A stretch of DNA of 64,000 bases, taken from the NCBI RefSeq assembly GCF_009914755.1, contig NC_060930.1. One strand, given 5' to 3'. Each line of letters begins with the position of its first letter. Positions within the stretch are counted from its first letter, which is position 1. Made by a program: the position numbers and the translations under genes. The DNA is from the human T2T-CHM13v2.0 reference genome, Homo sapiens. Shown in pieces: positions 60,858-64,000 of this stretch. The notes beneath the pieces were generated by a model. That model was not told the DNA's origin. It ran no database searches and was given only the letters and a program-made list of their open reading frames with translations.

Positions 60858-61758
60858 GGGGGGAGGAGCCAAGATGGCCGAATAGGAACAGCTCTGGTCT
60901 ACAGCTCCCAGCGTGAGCGACGCAGAAGACGGGTGATTTCTGCATTTCCATCTGAGGTACTGGGTTCATCTCACTAGGGAGTGCCAGACAGTGGGCGCAG
61001 GTCAGTGGGTGCGCGCACCGTGCGCGAGCCGAAGCAGGGCGAGGCATTGCCTCACCTGGGAAGCGCGAGGGGTCAGGAACTTCCCTTTCCGAGTCAAAGA
61101 AAGGGGTGACGGACGCACCTGGAAAATCGGGTCACTCCCACCCGAATATTGCGCTTTTCAGACCGGCTTAAAAAGCGGCGAACCATGAGATTATATCTCA
61201 CACCTGGCTCGGAGGGTCCTACGCCCACGGAGTCTCCCTGATTGCTAGCACAGCAGTCTGAGATCAAACTGCAAGGCGGCAGCAAGGCTGGGGGAGGGGC
61301 GCCCGCCATTGCCCAGGCTTGCTTAGGTAAACAAAGCAGCCAGGAAGCTCGAACTGGGTGGAGCCCACCACAGCTCAAGGAGACCTGCCTGCCTCTGTAG
61401 GCTCCACCTCTGGGGGCAGGGCACAGACAAACAAAAAGACAGCAGTAACCTCTGCAGACTTAAATGTCCCTGTCTGACAGCTTTGAAGAGAGCAGTGGTT
61501 CTCCCAGCACCCAGCTGGAGATCTGAGAACAGGCAGACTGCCTCCTCAAGTGGGTCCCTGACCCCTGACCCCCGAGCAGCCTAACTAGGAGGCACCCCCA
61601 GCAGGGGCAGACTGACACAAGGCCAGGTACTCCAACAGACCTGCAGCTGAGCGTCCTGTCTGTTAGAAGGAAAACTAACAAACAGAAGGGACATCCACAC
61701 CAAAAACCCATCTGTACATCAGCATCATCAAAGACCAAAAGTACATAAAACCACAAAG
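60858..61758 (+). promoter_or_regulatory. L1 5' UTR: sense and antisense promoters, YY1 site caagatggcc (~60870)
   Basis: Intact YY1 motif and retained CpGs; promoter function is known for this family, activity of this copy untested. Confidence 0.75.
61094..61309 (-). CDS. L1 ORF0, intact 71 codons
   Basis: MAGAPPPALLPPCSLISDCCASNQGDSVGVGPSEPG...RFSRCVRHPFL*, ATG at 61309-61307. Confidence 0.75.
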   Translation of the reverse strand: MAGAPPPALLPPCSLISDCCASNQGDSVGVGPSEPGVRYNLMVRRFLSRSEKRNIRVGVTRFSRCVRHPFL

Positions 61759-62775
61759 ATGGGGAAAAAACAGAGCAGAAAAACTGGAAACTCTAAAAAA
61801 CAGAGTGCCTCTCCTCCTCCAAAGGAACGCAGTTCCTCACCAGCAACGGAACAAAGCTGGACGGAGAATGACTTTGACTAGCTGAGAGAAGAAGGCTTCA
61901 GACGATCAAATTACTCTGAGCTACGGGCGGACATTCAAACCAAAGGCAAAGAAGTTGAAAACTTTGAAAAAAATTTAGAAGAATGTATAACTAGAATAAC
62001 CAATACAGAGAAGTGCTTAAAGGAGCTGATGGAGCTGAAAACCAAGGCTCAAGAACTTCGTGAAGAATGCAGAAGCCTCAGGAGCCAATGCGATCAACTG
62101 GAAGAAAGGGTATCAGTGATGGAAGATGAAATGAATGAAATGAAGTGAGAAGGGAAGTTTAGAGAAAAAAGAATAAAAAGAAACGAGTAAAGCCTCCAAG
62201 AAATATGGGACTATGTGAAAAGACCAAATCTACGTCTGATTGGTGTACTTGAAAGTGACGGGGAGAATGGAACCAAGTTGGAAAACACTCTGCAGGATAT
62301 TATCCAGGAGAACTTCCCCAATCTAGCAAGGCAGGCCAACATTCAGATTCAGGAAATACACAGAACACCACAAAGATACTCCTCGAGAAGAGCAACTCCA
62401 AGACACATAATTGTCAGATTCACCAAAGTTGAAATGAAGGAAAAAATGTTAAGGGCAGCCAGAGAGAAAGGTCGGGTTACCCTCAAAGGGAAGCCCATCA
62501 GACTAACAGCTGATCTCTCAGCAGAAACTCTACAAGCCAGAAGAGAGTGGGGGCCAATATTCAACATTCTTAAAGAAAAGAATTTTCAACCCAGAATTTC
62601 ATATCCAGCCAAAGTAAGCTTCATAAGTGAAGGAGAAATAAAATCCTTTACAGACAAGCAAATGCTGAGAGATTTTGTCACCACCAGGCCTGCCCTAAAA
62701 GAGCTCCTGAAGGAAGCGCTAAACATGGAAAGGAACAACCGGTACCAGCTGCTGCAAAATCATGCCAAAATGTAA
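61759..62775 (+). pseudogene. L1 ORF1p, disrupted
   Basis: 339-codon span without frameshift but in-frame stops at 61879 (TAG), 62146 (TGA), 62188 (TAA). Confidence 0.92.
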
Positions 62776-62838
62776 AGACCATGGGGACTAGGAAGAAACT
62801 GCATCAACTAACGAGCAAAATAACCAGCTAACATCATA

Positions 62839-64000
<1,162 letters not shown>

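Overview
AT-rich primate (human-like) genomic DNA, almost certainly intronic or intergenic and dominated by transposable elements. It holds about 25 Alu/FLAM/FRAM copies, a near full-length L1PB (24.1-31.4 kb), the 5' 3.1 kb of a young L1PA2/3-type element (60.9 kb to the window end), old L1M/L2/MIR fragments, MaLR and ERV1 LTRs, and Tigger/hAT DNA transposons. I found no convincing host protein-coding exon, and nearly all ORF-track entries are repeat-derived. Notable items: (1) an old, heavily diverged processed pseudogene of PCBP2 whose junction matches the exon-skipped alphaCP2-KL isoform, lying between two diverged direct repeats; (2) a tailless 5' U2 snRNA retrocopy with target-site duplications; (3) an 80-bp TA-flanked hairpin with perfect 21-bp arms; (4) an intact antisense ORF0 in an L1 whose ORF1/ORF2 are dead, with a strong splice donor just outside its 5' end; (5) several short local templated duplications. 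Visible A/C skew and the + orientation of the large L1s suggest a host gene on the - strand (inference). I do not see evidence for a genuinely new multi-gene system. Repeat subfamily names are recognised from memory of consensus sequences, not from a RepeatMasker run, and boundaries are approximate.
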